Source: the human T2T-CHM13v2.0 reference genome, Homo sapiens
Assembly: GCF_009914755.1 (NCBI RefSeq)
Contig: NC_060929.1
Direction: 5' to 3' (one strand)
DNA length: 64,000 nt
The notes below the pieces were generated by a model. It did no database searches. It worked only from the letters and a program-made list of their open reading frames with translations, and was not told the DNA's origin. The stretch's first letter is position 1. Each line of letters begins with the position of its first letter. Below, piece after piece: positions 1-14,596 of this stretch. The position numbers and the translations under genes were made by a program.

Positions 1-3000
1 TTTCTTCTCTTTCAAATATAAATGGCCAATTTTTACAGTCATTTGTGCCTTTTTCATGCTTTTGACTCCATCTTTTTTGGTTTGTTCAAAGAGATTAATG
101 TAATTATTTTATAATCTGTATATAGTGATTTTACTATGTAGTCTTCACAAATTTAATCTGCATTTTAAACCTTTTTATAATGTCTTATTTCTACACATGT
201 AGTATTAATTTGTTTGTTAAAATTAATGTTCTTTGGAGTTTGTTTTTTCTGTGAGAACAATTAAAGTTGTGTATTTTATTTTTTTCCCCACAGAGAAGTT
301 TGGTATTTACATCAGTTACACACTTAGGACACCAACTTCCCAAGACCACTTTTCATTAAAGTTTACGTTTGGAGCCATACAAGTTAGTGTGAATGAGCGC
401 CCCAATGCCATAGGGAAGATGACTCATGATTAGGAAATCCCAGGGAGACACTTTCTTTTTATTAATTTACCTCTTGCTATTGACTGGTGAGACTAAGAAA
501 GCCACATTTCTTCCTCCTTCGCCCCTTGAGAGAACAGTCCTAATTCATCTCAGTTTTATATGGGGACAGGCCATGGAAGTCTTACCAGCATACAGAAGGT
601 AGTCTGTATCATTTTGTTAAGTGAATAAATAAGTGCTTCTCAAAGAGAAGTTATTTCCAATATTAAATTGACCACTTCAGCAGCGCTTATTAATGGTCTT
701 TAGAAGTTACATTTTCTTTTGCTTCATTAGAGTAAGAAAGGAGCCAATGAGATTTTTAGAAAAAGTTGAATAACATAAACATTTTCTGAAACATAAATAA
801 ACATGTCATATGCAGTTAAATATGTGAGCCTTTGTCCACAATCCTATTCTATATAACTAGATGTTCTATATGTGGAAACTGTTTCTTAAAGTTGTGCCTT
901 AAGATGGAATCAATCTATGTGCATCACATTTTGGGAACACTTAGGCCATGAAGATGTTGGTTATACCCAAAATGCTTCCCCCCGTCACTACCACCTGCCT
1001 TCCTTGAATCTCTGTGTTGCAACATTCTCTAGAAAGATGTTAACTCTTACCATGAGAGAATGAGCAATCTGAATAAACCTTTGCATGTCCACACTCAGTG
1101 ATATAATTCATCTAACAATAATGCTTTAGGTTACTTTTGATTGCTAAAACTTGAATCAAGTATTTCTGAAATGGATAGAAGGGTCCTATGCCTAGGGTGT
1201 CCTTATATATATTATTATAAATGGCTCTACAGAAACACAAAGTTCACTCTGCTATCTCTTTACCATGCCTCTGCTTCAATGCAAAAAATGGCAAATTTCT
1301 TCAGTTCAAAGAACACCAGAATTTAGCTTAAGTAAAATGCCTAGTGTCATTCCATCAGTAAAAGAAGTGCAGTTCCCTAACTGAGGTAAAATTCAAGTAA
1401 CTGTCAGCGGTTCATATTATCTCTCACTGCATCTGTAAGATTATTTCAATTGGGAAAAGAAGTAGCAGAAGATACTTGTAAGGCTTTTTACAAACGCTTG
1501 CAATTTTTCTCTGGGAACTTTCTACTCTTCTGTCTGTTTGACCCTTCAGAGAAAGTTCATCTTCTAAAAGAACCACAGTTTTTTGCCACAGAACCATCAG
1601 TCTTACCAAGGCTGAAAAGCAGCCCTGAATCTCTCCCACCACTTAAACTTCATTATCTGCATATTAAATGATTTTAGGCAAAGTATCCCCATTTTATAAA
1701 TTTATTTCTTATAATAAATGCAAAAGTGTGTATCTGCTTTGAGAACAAAAAATTGTTATTTTTTTGTTTTTCCTCATTTTGAGGGAGAAAAGCATGAAAA
1801 AGAAAATGACTACTATTTTCATCTTCTATTGCAATTGCATGGTTTGAAAACCTTAATGCCAAATCTAATAGCTGAATGTTATTAATATCCCATACCACAA
1901 GGAAGACTGGAAAACAGGAAAAGTAAAGTAAAAGTTTGACAGTTTCCATTAAATGTGTGCTGATATTTTTCTGTAATACTGAGATTTTTTTCAAGATAAA
2001 CAATTTAACTGTATTTCCTAATTTTACACATGTAAGATATATGCTCCTTAGATGCCTTGCTATGAAGAATAAATGTGTTCCTATTACACAGTGCTTGTTA
2101 TGAAAGACTCTCACAGTTGTATAGCTCATTTGACTACATCATATGACACTGTGCCACATCATTAATTTATGCAATTTTGTTGGACGTTAGTCTGTTGAAT
2201 ATACCACCTGTTGTGTATACTGTTTATCTCTGTTACTGTGTTTGATATTTCGTTGCTATGTCAAAATTAATAAGTTACTATTGGTATTTTGCTTCTTCGT
2301 TCTACTATATAAATTATTTAGCAATTTCTTTAAGTAAATGCCACTTACCACTTTTATTACAATAATGATAAAGATAATTCTTAAAATAATAATGAACAAG
2401 ATGATAAACATAATAATTAACATTTTCCAAAGCATTTTCACATATTGTATTCACAACAATACTGTCAAATAAGAAGAAAGGTCTATTATCTTCCTTGCAC
2501 AGAAGAAAAAATAGATTAAGAATTATCAGGCAACCTGTCCAATATTATATAATTTGTAATTTTTATACAGGATACTCAGATTTGCAGGAGAAATTCCACT
2601 TCAGAAAGCACCAAATTACCATCACATTGATTTCCAAATGCCTAATTTAAATATCTAGATATCTAAATATCTGAAGTCATTTTTCAGAAAATGTGCATGT
2701 AATTTTCCAGAGACATATATTATAGATAGTTATTAAGTTCGAATATAACCCTCAAATAACCAATTCATCTCAAATAAATGTGAAAAATAAGTAAGACAGA
2801 GACTAACATTGTTTTTTAGAAAAACTACCAGTTTCTCCTGAGGTAAGTGGTTGCTTTCTCCTTTCAATGTAAAGAGAAAAGGTTTAGCTCTGAAACTGTT
2901 CTGTAATGCTTGGGATTCAGAAATGTGCAAGAGTACATCCTGCTTTCATTTAGGTGACAATAAAAACAGAAATGAAGTTAAGTTAGTCCATGCAATTATT

Positions 3001-3553
3001 ATGGAAGAATTAGTATAATTATAGATCTCAAAGGTATACTCAACATCTTTTTAAAAAATAAATTCAGAATATGCATATAGTTGGTAATGTCCATTCCCAG
3101 CAGGAATAACTGAAAAGGACAAATATTTGAAATGTCATCCTTATTAATTGATGGTTTCTCATACTCAGCTTGAGCAGAGTCAATAAAAACATTACCTTGA
3201 TGAAGGTACAAACTTATAAGAAAATATAGTTAATATTTACAGTAGGGAGATAAATGATCAATAAAATCCCTATTTGTTTTTGTTTTATTTATAATCCAGC
3301 CTGCAGTTCTGCTTATCTTTTAAGTAGATAGGGTCACTAAGGAGGCTCCTGCAGGGTGCAAGGATGCCTGCAGTCAAACTCACCACCCTGGAAAGCAAGC
3401 AGTGCTGCCTTCAGCTAAATACAATAGAGAACACTGTCAGTTCTATGCTCCTAGAATATTGTGAGGCACAGAAAAACAAATTAGGAAAGGGTTGGCACTC
3501 CAGCCCTTACAGCAACTTCTCTGTTGTTTATTCCCTTTTATTTCTGTACTGAG

Positions 3554-3953
3554 TGCCCAAGGCCGTGAGACCTTACCTCTTGCATCAATGTGACCTGGAT
3601 GTGAGACATGGAGTCAAAGAAGATCATTTTGGAACTTTAAGGTTTAATGACTGTCCTATTGGATATTGGACTTGCATGGGGCCCTAGCCCCTATGTTTTG
3701 GCCAATTTCTCCTATTTGAAATGGGCGTATTTACCAAATGCCTGTGCCCCCATTGTATATAGGAAATAATTAACTTGCTTTTGATTTTACAGGCTCATAG
3801 GTGGAAGGGACTTGCCTTATCTCAGCTGAGACTTCGGACATGGACTTTTGAGTTAATGATGGAATAAGTTAAGACTTTGGGAGACTGTTGGGAAGGCATG
3901 ATTGTGTTTTGAAATGTGAAGACATGAGATTTGGGAGGGGCCCAGGGATGGAC
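3554..3953 (+). mobile_element. THE1 (MaLR) internal region, 3' fragment
   Basis: Matches the THE1-int 3' end (gtgacctggatgtgagacatggagtcaaa...ttgggagggg purine tract) and directly precedes the LTR. Confidence 0.85.
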
Positions 3954-4323
3954 TGATATGGTTTGGCTGTGTTCCACCCGAATTTCATCTTGAACTGTAG
4001 TTCCCATAATCCCCATATGTTGTGGGAGGGACCTGGTGGGAGGTAATTGAATCATGGGGGACATTACCCTCATGCTTTTCTCATGATAGTGAGTTCTCAC
4101 AAGATCTGATGGTTTTATAAGGGGCTTTGCCCTGCCTTTGCTCTGCACTTCTCATTCCTGCTGCAATGTGTAAAAGGACATGTTTGCTTTCCCTTCCATC
4201 ATGACTGTAATTTTCCTGAGGCCTCCCCAGCCCTGTGGAACTGCGAGTCAATTAAACCTCTTTCCTTTATAAATTACCCAGTCTCGGGTATTTCTTCACA
4301 GCAGCGTGAGATGAACTAATACA
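3954..4323 (+). mobile_element. THE1C-like LTR (ERVL-MaLR)
   Basis: TGATATGGTTTGGCTGTG...GAACTAATACA, 370 bp, with ATTAAA and THE1C-type internal motifs. Confidence 0.9.
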
Positions 4324-4719
4324 CTGAGATTTACCTTCAAAATATATTTTATATGAATATTTAAATGTTTCTCTGTATACTATTTTTAAATTTAATACTG
4401 GGATCAACTTTAGTACAGAGCCTATTCATTTATGTTCTTTTTAACACTTCATGTACATATTCAGAACAAAACCAACATAATCTCAATCAATGCTTCATGA
4501 AAAAAGAAGTAAATGCATTATATGGTCCCAAGGAACTACTGAATTATTCGTGCCTAGAGTTAGGGGCAAATTGGCAATTATGTTGTGAGGCAGGATACAT
4601 TCATCCCGTTAGAAAACACACTGTAAGCTTCTCCAGCCAATCTATGAAAGGATTATTTTCTGACTGATGGAAGATCAGTCTGAAATCTAACATCAGACTC
4701 ATTCTAGGAAAATAAAGTG

Positions 4720-5012
<293 letters not shown>

Positions 5013-6700
5013 GTTGAGGAGGTGGATAATTGGAACTGAATACTGCGATGGTTGATTTTCCTAACTCAGTTGAAAACAATTTCAGAGGCTTCAAGATAAC
5101 GTTCTAATTATAGGATTGTTTTCAGTGCAAGATTTCATGAACTCAAGTAACTGTTTTCTTTAAGGAACTTAAAAGAATCTCCCTTCTTTTCAGGTATGCA
5201 GAAGACATGTCAGGATCTTAACTAGTAGAGACATAGGGTCTTGCAAAAGGAGGGCCCAGGGCAAGTCTGGTTGTATTAGCATTACTAGTATTTGTCATTA
5301 TGCTGGCAGCCAAACTCCTGCTGACATTATGGTTGTGTGGTTTGGTACTTCTTCTTACTTCTGGCTGTGAATTAGCAAATCAGTGTCTTATATTTAAGGT
5401 GCAAACAATATGGCTGATCACAAAGAGCTGGAACTATAATTAAAGAAAAAAAGCAATGAATGTATTTCATTTGTTTAATATCATAATAGGTCCCCACTTG
5501 AAAATCAAATAATCCACCTTTTGAAATTGAGATTGAGAGACATTAGTAGTTTTTGACAGGGGAAAAATTCCAGAATAAAAACTGATTTAAATGAAAAACT
5601 AATCATGATCTCAAATAACAAAAATGTGCACTAACACATTCTATTTGTTTAATTTCAAATGGATAAGCTAATAACACAGCTAGATAGATAAAATAAGAGA
5701 AAACTTGTGCAAAACTCTTAAATGCCCACCCTTTCATAAAGAACTAAAAGACAAGTATAATTTTTAGAGTCGGACTACTAAATACTGTTTCTATAGAGAC
5801 ATTTGAAGATTAATAATTACATACATTTATAAACCACAAAAATTGAATAGTGAAATAATTATGAACATACGAATTTCACTAAGTAAAACAGTATTTGCAT
5901 AAGAACATTGAACTTTGTATATAACAAATGAGATAATAATAAATTAAATAATACAAATAAGAAGCAGAGCTTCCTAGGGAGTAACAAAAGAAAGGTTCTT
6001 AACATTTCACTGAAAAATATTCTTAAAAAATAGTTCTGGGAAACTGAAGTATTCAAAATGATAAAGTCATTAGTCCTGGTTTTCTGAACAAACAACAAAT
6101 TAACAAGATCAAAAGCACAAACATAATGGAAGAGTTACTTGGAAGTGAAAGATAAATTTCTATGTCAAAAGTAATAAATAACAGGAGACGAGGTATATTT
6201 TTAGAGCATAAAATTATCTCATGCTAAAGTTTGTTTTTCATTTTTTAAATTTTGGAAGCATACACTTTTCATTAATTAGACTAAAAGGCCTTAAAGTAAA
6301 TTAATAATCAAGTAGAATAATAATATCCATAAATATTATATGAGTACGTTCTATTTCCTACTACAGCATACTTAATAGGTGAAATAATTGAGTCAAACTT
6401 TCTCCTAAAGCATATAATCAATAAAAATAAGTAATTTATTATATTCAAAGTTCACATTTGGAAGAATTTTAGTGCTGCCTGACAGAATAGAGAAAAATCA
6501 AAGATATCAAGGGTGTAACATTTTAGGTGATTAGGGAAGTAGAGCAAGGGCCATGATTTAAAAAGTGCAATAATTGTACAAAATATGTCTTCCTGTCCAG
6601 AAGGTCAAAAGTAGGTACCAGTAGCCAATGAATTTCATTGATCTAGAATCTTTGTATGTAAGAACGATGCCCTTACACAGGGGCCATGTGGAAGAGTTGA

Positions 6701-7042
<342 letters not shown>

Positions 7043-8144
7043 TGAAAAGTTTGTCTTAAAATTCAAGAAATCAAATTATTCTTCATTTTAAACTCAATCA
7101 AATCATCCCCATATAGAATTTTTTGTCAATTTGCCTTGATTCATTGTGACTTTTCAGTGTTTGGCTTTCCATTTCTTATTCTCCCTTTCAGAGATACATA
7201 CCTATTGATGACTTTGTTAGATATTTATTGAAAGTATTTTATGTGCTAGGCAAAAACAATAAAAACAAACCTGGTTTCTGCATTCATTTGAGCTTAAAGT
7301 ATCATCATCAAAAGATACCATTAACTTTTAATGATGCCCTCAAAGTCACATTTTTTTCTTCATCTTTTGCCTCAAATATTATTTTCTTCTATCTTCCTAA
7401 AGTCATATCTTCTTTTAAATTATCTTTCAGTAAATACTATTTTTTAAAAAAACTTTCTAAATAAACATTGATGAGCATTTAGTTCATGTGCTGTTTTGTG
7501 CTATAAAATTTTAAACTAAATTTGGGTCAGAGGTCTCTTAAATCCTTTACTATTTTCTTATTCCATTTTGTTAGTAATTATGCAATTGTAATTAGAAGAC
7601 AGATATTATTTTTTTTAAAAGAATCCCATTTTCCTTATAATTCCAAATTGCCTGTAGTGCTAACATATTTCACTAAACGCTTTACATATGTTTTCATTAC
7701 TGGTCTTAATTTACACAGTGATGACTTCTCATTACTTATTCCTGAAGTCACTTTTAATCTTATGTCTTTGGTTTGTGATTTTGTTTATACCTTCCCCCGG
7801 CTGAACCACCATATGTTCAAGAGGTTTAGTCTGAAATTTCTTGTCTATTCAATATTTCTTTGTCTGCCTTAACAATTTTTCAAACTGTTACAAGTTTTCC
7901 CCTTCATCTTCTGACACAAGGGCTTTATAGCCATGCTGTCCCTTTAATTTGTCCCTGCTTTCCAGACATATTCCTCTTCCTGCTCTCTTATCACTAGAAT
8001 CTCCTTTCTTCTGTTCATTCTCCTTTTACCAGCATTACCATATCCTCCATTTTTATCCCCAGGGTTATTGCTCCTTTTATTTTGTTATATATTTGTACCG
8101 GAAGGCAAGCCCTAACCTAGGCACTGAATGTGTTGAGTAGCACT

Positions 8145-9340
8145 ATTCATTCAAAAACATTTGTGAAGCAACTACTTTAAGTCATGCCTTAAATAAGAAT
8201 CTGAGGATATAAAGAAAACTACGTCCCAATTCTCTAACTCAAAGTATGAATAAGCAAATGGAGAACCCAGCTTGTGAAATAAATAATTAAAATACAAATG
8301 GCATTAATTTTTATAAACAATACAAGTATATTCCTTGGGAAGGAAGTGAAGAAAAGGTAGAGGGGTTATGGAAGATATCTTAGAGGAGGATGTCTCAGTC
8401 TGTTTATGCTGCTATAATTAACGTCTAAGACTGGGTAGTTTATAAAGAACAGAAATTTTTTTGTCACAGTTCTGGGGGCTGGGAAGTCCAAGATCAAGAT
8501 GTCAGCATATTCAGTGTCTTGTGAAGACTCACTCTCTTCTGCAAAGATAGCACTACTTACTGTTTCCTCAGATGGAGGAAGGTGGAAAAGCAAAAGGGAT
8601 AAACAGTTCCCTCACACCTCTTTCACAAGATCTTTAAATACATTTATGAGGGCTTTGCCATCATGACTAAGTCACTTCCTATATGTCCCACCTCTTAATA
8701 CTATCACATTGGTGATTAAATTTCAATGCATGAATTTTAGGAGGACACATTCAGAGCATAGCAGAGGGCATATTTGAACTGGCTCTTGATATACAATGAA
8801 TGGGTAAGAGAACATAGAAGGTGAGTAAAGCATTCATGACAGTGGAACTAGCATGTTCAATGACAAGTATAAAGACCTGCGTGTATTCAAGTCTACATGT
8901 AGTTGAAGAACAGGGTGGGTGGAAGGTGAGACTGCAAAGGTAAATGTGGATCAGGTCATGAGAAGCCTTGCAAGATACTTATGACTTAGGTTACTTCTTG
9001 TGAGTTATGGTCTGTAACTGAAAGATTTCAAGTCGAGGGGATATCTGCAGTGTAAAGATAATTATTGAGACAGTATGGAGAATGGATTAGAGGAGGCTGA
9101 AACATGAGTCAGGATTAGTGGGAAGTAATTACAATAATTCAGGGAAGAAATCACGGGATTCTGGACCAAGACAGTGAGAGTGTTGATGGAAAAACAGTAA
9201 AATATTAGAGATTGTTTAGGAAAGGGCATCAGTATTTAATAACTATGACTGGGAGGAGAAAGAGGTTGAAGAAGGTAATCCATAATGAATTCAGGCATTG
9301 TCCACAAGGTGAATGGTGGTGTCTTTAACTAAGACATATT
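8145..9340 (-). mobile_element. L2 remnant interrupted by an MLT1A LTR
   Basis: attcattcaaaaacatttg...actact L2 3'-end signature followed by purine-rich degenerate L2; boundaries approximate. Confidence 0.55.
8391..8763 (-). mobile_element. MLT1A-type solo LTR
   Basis: TGTCTCAGTCTGTTTATGCTGCTATA...CATAGCA, 373 bp; near-TSD gagga/gaggg. Confidence 0.85.
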
Positions 9341-9634
9341 TAATCTACAGTAATAATTGAGAGAATGCTAAATATCACTATAAAATAACAATTTCTGGTA
9401 AGTTTATTTATCTTAGATAATTAAATAGAGTTTCAAAATGTGATGCCAAGGATATATCTCCTCTGTTCTTCCTTAAAGTGAGATCTTATCTCACAACTCT
9501 GAGACGAATTTTTAAAAAAGGAAAAAGCTTTGAAAGTTAAAGGAACTTGCTTAAAGTCACTTATCTAGTAGGTAGTAAAACTGAAAATCTATTCTAATTC
9601 TTGCCTAGTCTGGCAGTTCTTTTAACTATATGGA

Positions 9635-9820
9635 TGTTATAGAGTTGCACAAGTTGTTCACTGCACAAGAGTACACCAGGCCAAGCAACTAAGTGGGGAT
9701 CAAATTCCAGCCTGTGCTCCACCAACACATCCTGAACACTGTTCCAAGTCTGTATATAAAATTTGAAGAGGTGCCTTTTCCAAATTCATTGAAAAGTCCT
9801 CTGATAACCAAGCTCTGCAC
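9635..9820. mobile_element. MER91-like hAT-Tip100 remnant
   Basis: ttgcacaagttgttcactgcacaag...ggtgccttttccaaattc resembles the MER91B/C consensus. Confidence 0.4.
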
Positions 9821-10738
9821 CCTCAGAACTTTGTCTCCTTAAAGGAATTGAATTGTTAGAATTTGTAGAAAGGTACAAAGCCAAATCTTGAGGTGGCCCT
9901 CTTTATCTGTTGTATCTTAAGAACTTGCTCTATCTAGGTACACGTTGATCTGCTTTTGGTAAAAAGCTAATGAAAACTGTCCCAAAATGGAAAGCGTGAA
10001 GAGAGGGAGTGCGGAGACTACTGAGCTAGAAATTTCCTGTACTCTGTTACAAATGGTAGTTACATCCTCAAATTAGAGAGTATAGGTAACTAATAATAAA
10101 AATTGTAGTCATCCTAGTATGACTAAAATTAATTACTATATACATGTATATCTTCAGGGGACTGGTTCTGAAACTAGATTTAAAAAAATCATACCCAGAG
10201 CATGGCTCTAGAGCACATATACATAGAATATGATTCAGATATAACAAAGAATAAAAAATCCTTTTCTGGCACCATATAGGGTTTATTTTATATTACTATA
10301 AATTTATGACTAAATGACTATATTAGGCTGACCTTCAATATTTCCTGTAACTTTTTCATCATGATAAATGATGAATCATAATGAGAAAAGTGATTTCTTC
10401 TATAATGGTGTGAATATTTCATTTTTACTGAAGAACTATAATCTTCAATTTCATGTTGAATAAGAAATCATAATCATATGCAACACTATGCAAAAGCTAT
10501 GAGGTTGTCCTTTATTGTACCATAATAAAATCCGAGGTTATCAGTCATGCAACTATAGAAGAATGTGCATCTTCTTTTCTATTTAAGACACGCTTCTGTG
10601 TTTCTCCGAATTTTCATGACTATTATTAAATACTGACCTATACACATAGATAAATATGCATAGTGATCAAATAATTGGGCATAAAAATACACCTAAAATG
10701 TAAACTTTAGATTTATGCTATTTTAAATTTTTCATATT

Positions 10739-10775
10739 CTCTTTACTAATACTAATACTCTTTACTAATACTAAT
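10739..10775. repeat. 19-bp-period tandem duplication
   Basis: ctctttactaatactaat-a-ctctttactaatactaat. Confidence 0.85.
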
Positions 10776-10869
10776 TAGGCTAGAATCTCCATAACCAACC
10801 ACCACTGGAAATTATACTAATCCTTGGGAATATAAGAAGGACTAAGGAGACCATCCTTTAGGAAGCACA

Positions 10870-11370
10870 CTCCTGACTAAATTTGGCTGTCCCTCTAACT
10901 TGCTTTGGCCAATAGAATGCAAACAGGTGTGATATGAGCAGGGATCTTAAAATGCGCTTATGCGACTTGGTGGACTTCCTGCACTTCTGCCATCTGCCAT
11001 GAGAGGACCATTCCTTGTAAGATAAAAATGCATAAAGCAGCTATAAACTCAAGTTGTAGCCTGAGGTCAAGCCCAAACAATCTATAGCAGAAAGAGAAGC
11101 TGCCTCCCTCTCTGTCTCCCTCCCTCTCTTCCTTCCTTTTGCTATCAGAGTGTGCTTTTCTAATGATGGACCAAAAGGGTGGAAATTGAAGCTAGTACTG
11201 CCTTGGGACTTTAACTAGGAACTAACATGCTGTCACTTACACCCTTTGGTTAAATAAGCCTTGTAACAAAACTCAACATCACTGGGATGGGGAAATAGAA
11301 ACTCTCACTTTCATACATTGTGAAGTCACATGATAGGAGGCAGTAAATAACTGAGAACATCATACAATCC
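10870..11370. mobile_element. Old MLT1-family LTR fragments
   Basis: acttgctttggccaatagaatg and ctgccatgagagga motifs; degenerate. Confidence 0.45.
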
Positions 11371-11434
11371 ACTGAAACCTTTTACTAGGAAAAGAAATTA
11401 CTGTGCCTCATTTTTCAAGGCTAAGGCAGCACCC

Positions 11435-11611
11435 CAGGCCCAGATATGTGGGCATATGACCTGTGAAATCACACAGGGCCCCCATACTTTCAAGGGCCTT
11501 GCACTTGGTTTAATGCTCTGCTGTCACCATTTTTAAAGTCTTAACATTTTTATCAAGGAGCTTAAATTTATCATTTTGGGCTGAGTCCTGCAAATAATGT
11601 AAATAGATCTG
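11435..11611 (+). mobile_element. MER91A (hAT-Tip100 MITE)
   Basis: cacacagggccccat...cttggtttaatgctctgctgtcacc...tgcaaataatgta matches MER91A; CAG...CTG ends. Confidence 0.8.
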
Positions 11612-11754
11612 TCACTATTCATCCCTCCCCTTCCTTCTGTCCACCCTTTCTCTTTTGTGTACTGGGCTCTGTGGTTGGTGCTGGGGAGATGGTAAAAATG
11701 ATTAACAAGGACTTCACTTTTCTATACGTACCAGATGCTATTTATCATCACAGA

Positions 11755-11995
11755 TAAAATAACGACTCTTGAGCCATGCTGTCTGGGATTAAATTTCCTT
11801 CTGTCACTCTTCACCTGTGTGACATTGGGAAATTTACTTAACTTCTTTGTGCTCTAGATTACTGTTAATATAACAGGGATAATGTAATTATAGCCTCTAC
11901 TTCATAGGGCAGTAGTAAGGGTTGGATGCATTAATAAATATAATACAGAGCTGGACACACAGTGTGCAAAATATAAATAATGACAGCATTATCAG
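11755..11995 (+). mobile_element. MIR
   Basis: Core ctgtgtgacattgggaaatttacttaacttctttgtgc. Confidence 0.75.
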
Positions 11996-12894
11996 CACTA
12001 TTGTTACTATTTTGTTCTCAAAAAATATACTTACTTTTATCTCCTTTAACCTCCTCTCAGGCACTGTACCCATCATCCTGTATTTTTTATATTTAGTTTC
12101 TCCCTCTTTACTGGCTGTTCTCCCACTGCCTATGCATTGGCTTAACTCTTAAGGAAGTTTGTGTAAGGATATTTTCCTATCTACTTATATAGTTGAGTGA
12201 CTTATTCCCTGAGGTATACTGTGTTTTAAAATACTGTGTTTTTTTTTAATTTTTGAAACATTATATATGCTGCTTTTAACAACTACCTTTAGAAAAATCC
12301 TACATGTTACTGTCTGATATACATGGTAATTAATCTCAACTCTAAAATGGACCTATTCATGCTCTCTAAAGTATACTTTAATACATGTATAAGTAGAGGG
12401 ACTTCTAACTCTAACACTAGAAGATAAGTCTAAGAATTCAGAAAAGAAAAGAAATGAGGGGCAGGCTATCCTAGAGACACTTTCTTAAGTAGCCTTAATC
12501 TGTTAAAATATACCTAATTATTGAATTTTATTCTTGTTCTAATTGTTTTAAATAATCACAATATCTGTAAGTACAGAAGAGAACAGAAAGCACAGCATTA
12601 AAAATAAAAACATATTTTAGCATAGAAGAAACTATTCTTCAATAGTAATTTTTACATAGAAAAATATTAAATTTTATAACATTCTAGACTATTAGGGGAT
12701 TTTTTTGTTGTCGTTTTCTTTTATTGCCTTGTTATTCAAATATCATGGCATAGGTAGTATTACTGCCTGTGAATAAAAGAACATCTACTTCCAATTCTAA
12801 AGTAAATTATGAACAACAAATCTTGCTAAATTTATAATATGGTCTTCATAAATGTAAATAACTTTTACATTAACAACAAGAAAAAAAAATCAGT

Positions 12895-13110
12895 GTCTCA
12901 GAGCACTGACTCTGGAACTGAGCAGCTCTGCCAGTTATAAGCTCTGCTACCTTGAAAAGTTATTTAACCCTGCAGTACCTCAGTTATCTCTAAAATAGGG
13001 ATGATAATAATCCATTTCTTATTTGGAGGATATGAGGTTTAAATTAGTTGACATATGTAAATAATTAGAACAGAGCCTGGGAATTTTAATTAGTAGCTAT
13101 TATTATTACC
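12895..13110 (+). mobile_element. MIR
   Basis: gactctgga...accttgaaaagttatttaacc...cctcagtt...aaatagggat. Confidence 0.7.
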
Positions 13111-13134
13111 CATGGAATTTCACAAAGGGAAGAT

Positions 13135-13136
<2 letters not shown>

Positions 13137-13198
<62 letters not shown>
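13137..13198. repeat. Compound microsatellite (CT)17(AT)14
   Basis: Direct reading. Confidence 0.97.
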
Positions 13199-13201
<3 letters not shown>

Positions 13202-13339
13202 AGTCTACATATATATATGTATGTATGTATATAAAAATTGAACTCTCTATTACCAAGTAATGCATGTCTCTAGTTTTTAGATTCCACTTTAATAGCATGC
13301 CCATTGCATTGTTCCCTCACACCTGCACATACTTTAAAG

Positions 13340-14005
13340 GCATTACATAAACATAAAATATCTCCAGTCTTTCCATTGCCAGTGAGATAAAGATCAAATG
13401 ATATGGCCCCTGCACTATTCTCCATCAAATTTCAATGCTTTCCTGACTGTTTAGGTCTGTTCTCCAGCTTCACAAATTTTCATTCAGTTTCTCAAAGGCA
13501 CTGTATTTCCTCCTGCCACAGGGCTTTGTTGCATACATGCCTCAACTCCCATCCAAACTCCTCCCCTGCCACCACCGCATCATCCCTGTTAAGTGAACTC
13601 TTTTACCCTTCATGGCTTGGTTTAAAAGTCAGCTCAGGGAAGACTTAACAGAAAGTTGCCCTCATCCCTCCTCCAACATAGGTCTATGCTCTCAAATCAT
13701 CCAACTACATTTCCTTTCCAGCTTGTATTTATTGCCTGAATAATGTTTATCTTGCCTGATGGATCCATCAGGCTTTGTACCAAAACACAACTTTTGCATA
13801 AATAGGCTCTCACAAATATTTATGGAGTGATATACACTGACCTTTTATTTTCTACATCCTCAATATTTTGCAAATGATACCATGCTTTCAACGTGTTTCA
13901 GAAAACACTGAATGAGCTCCTACTGTGTGCAATGTTCTAGACTAGGAACAGAGCAGTCAACAAGACACAGAAGTCCCTGCTCTGTGAACTACATTCTAGT
14001 TGAAG
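13340..14005. mobile_element. Two L2 3'-end fragments, tail to tail (plus about 13340-13830, minus about 13885-14005)
   Basis: aaataggctctcacaaatatttatgg on plus; tgagctcctactgtgtgc...aacaagacacagaagtccctgc on minus. Confidence 0.6.
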
Positions 14006-14596
14006 AGTTTATACTCAGACAACTATGCCTGACTATAAGTGAAAAAATTTACAAGAATCAAAACAGAGCTCAGCCCCATAGAAACAAAAGTAAAGACAAT
14101 TCTTTTTCTGATTAACACAAAAAGACGTGTTCCTAATCTTTCTATAAGGTTTTGTTAAATATTTCTGTGTAATGTTAAACTTTTGAACTGCTTGCATTGC
14201 CCATGTAATTATTTCATAGGTCAGGATTTTCATACAATCATCTCAAATCCTTTTGAGATCAGACCCTAAAAACTGTTGATGAACAGAGCAAATTAATCTA
14301 ACCTAAAATAGGCTAAACCTGAAAATCTGTCCCATTTCAACTATTTTTTAAACCCTTTAACTCATAGTGGAGGAGTTTTAAAAATGTCCCTTGTGCCACT
14401 GGTCCAGTCAAATTTCATATCAAAAACCCAACTATCTAAATATAATATCTCTTTTATATACCTGAATGTCCCTATGTTTTAGCTAGGAGTATAATGCAAG
14501 TATTATAGTTTATTTTAATATAGATTCTTTCTTCCCAGAAGTTCAATACACATTAAATAACTTATCACATGAGATCAGGCACACTGTGCTATGGCC

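Noticed and set aside
5181-5200. Pyrimidine tract-CAG|GTATG recursive-like motif
   Set aside because: On the plus strand, antisense to EDIL3, with no evidence of a plus-strand transcript here.
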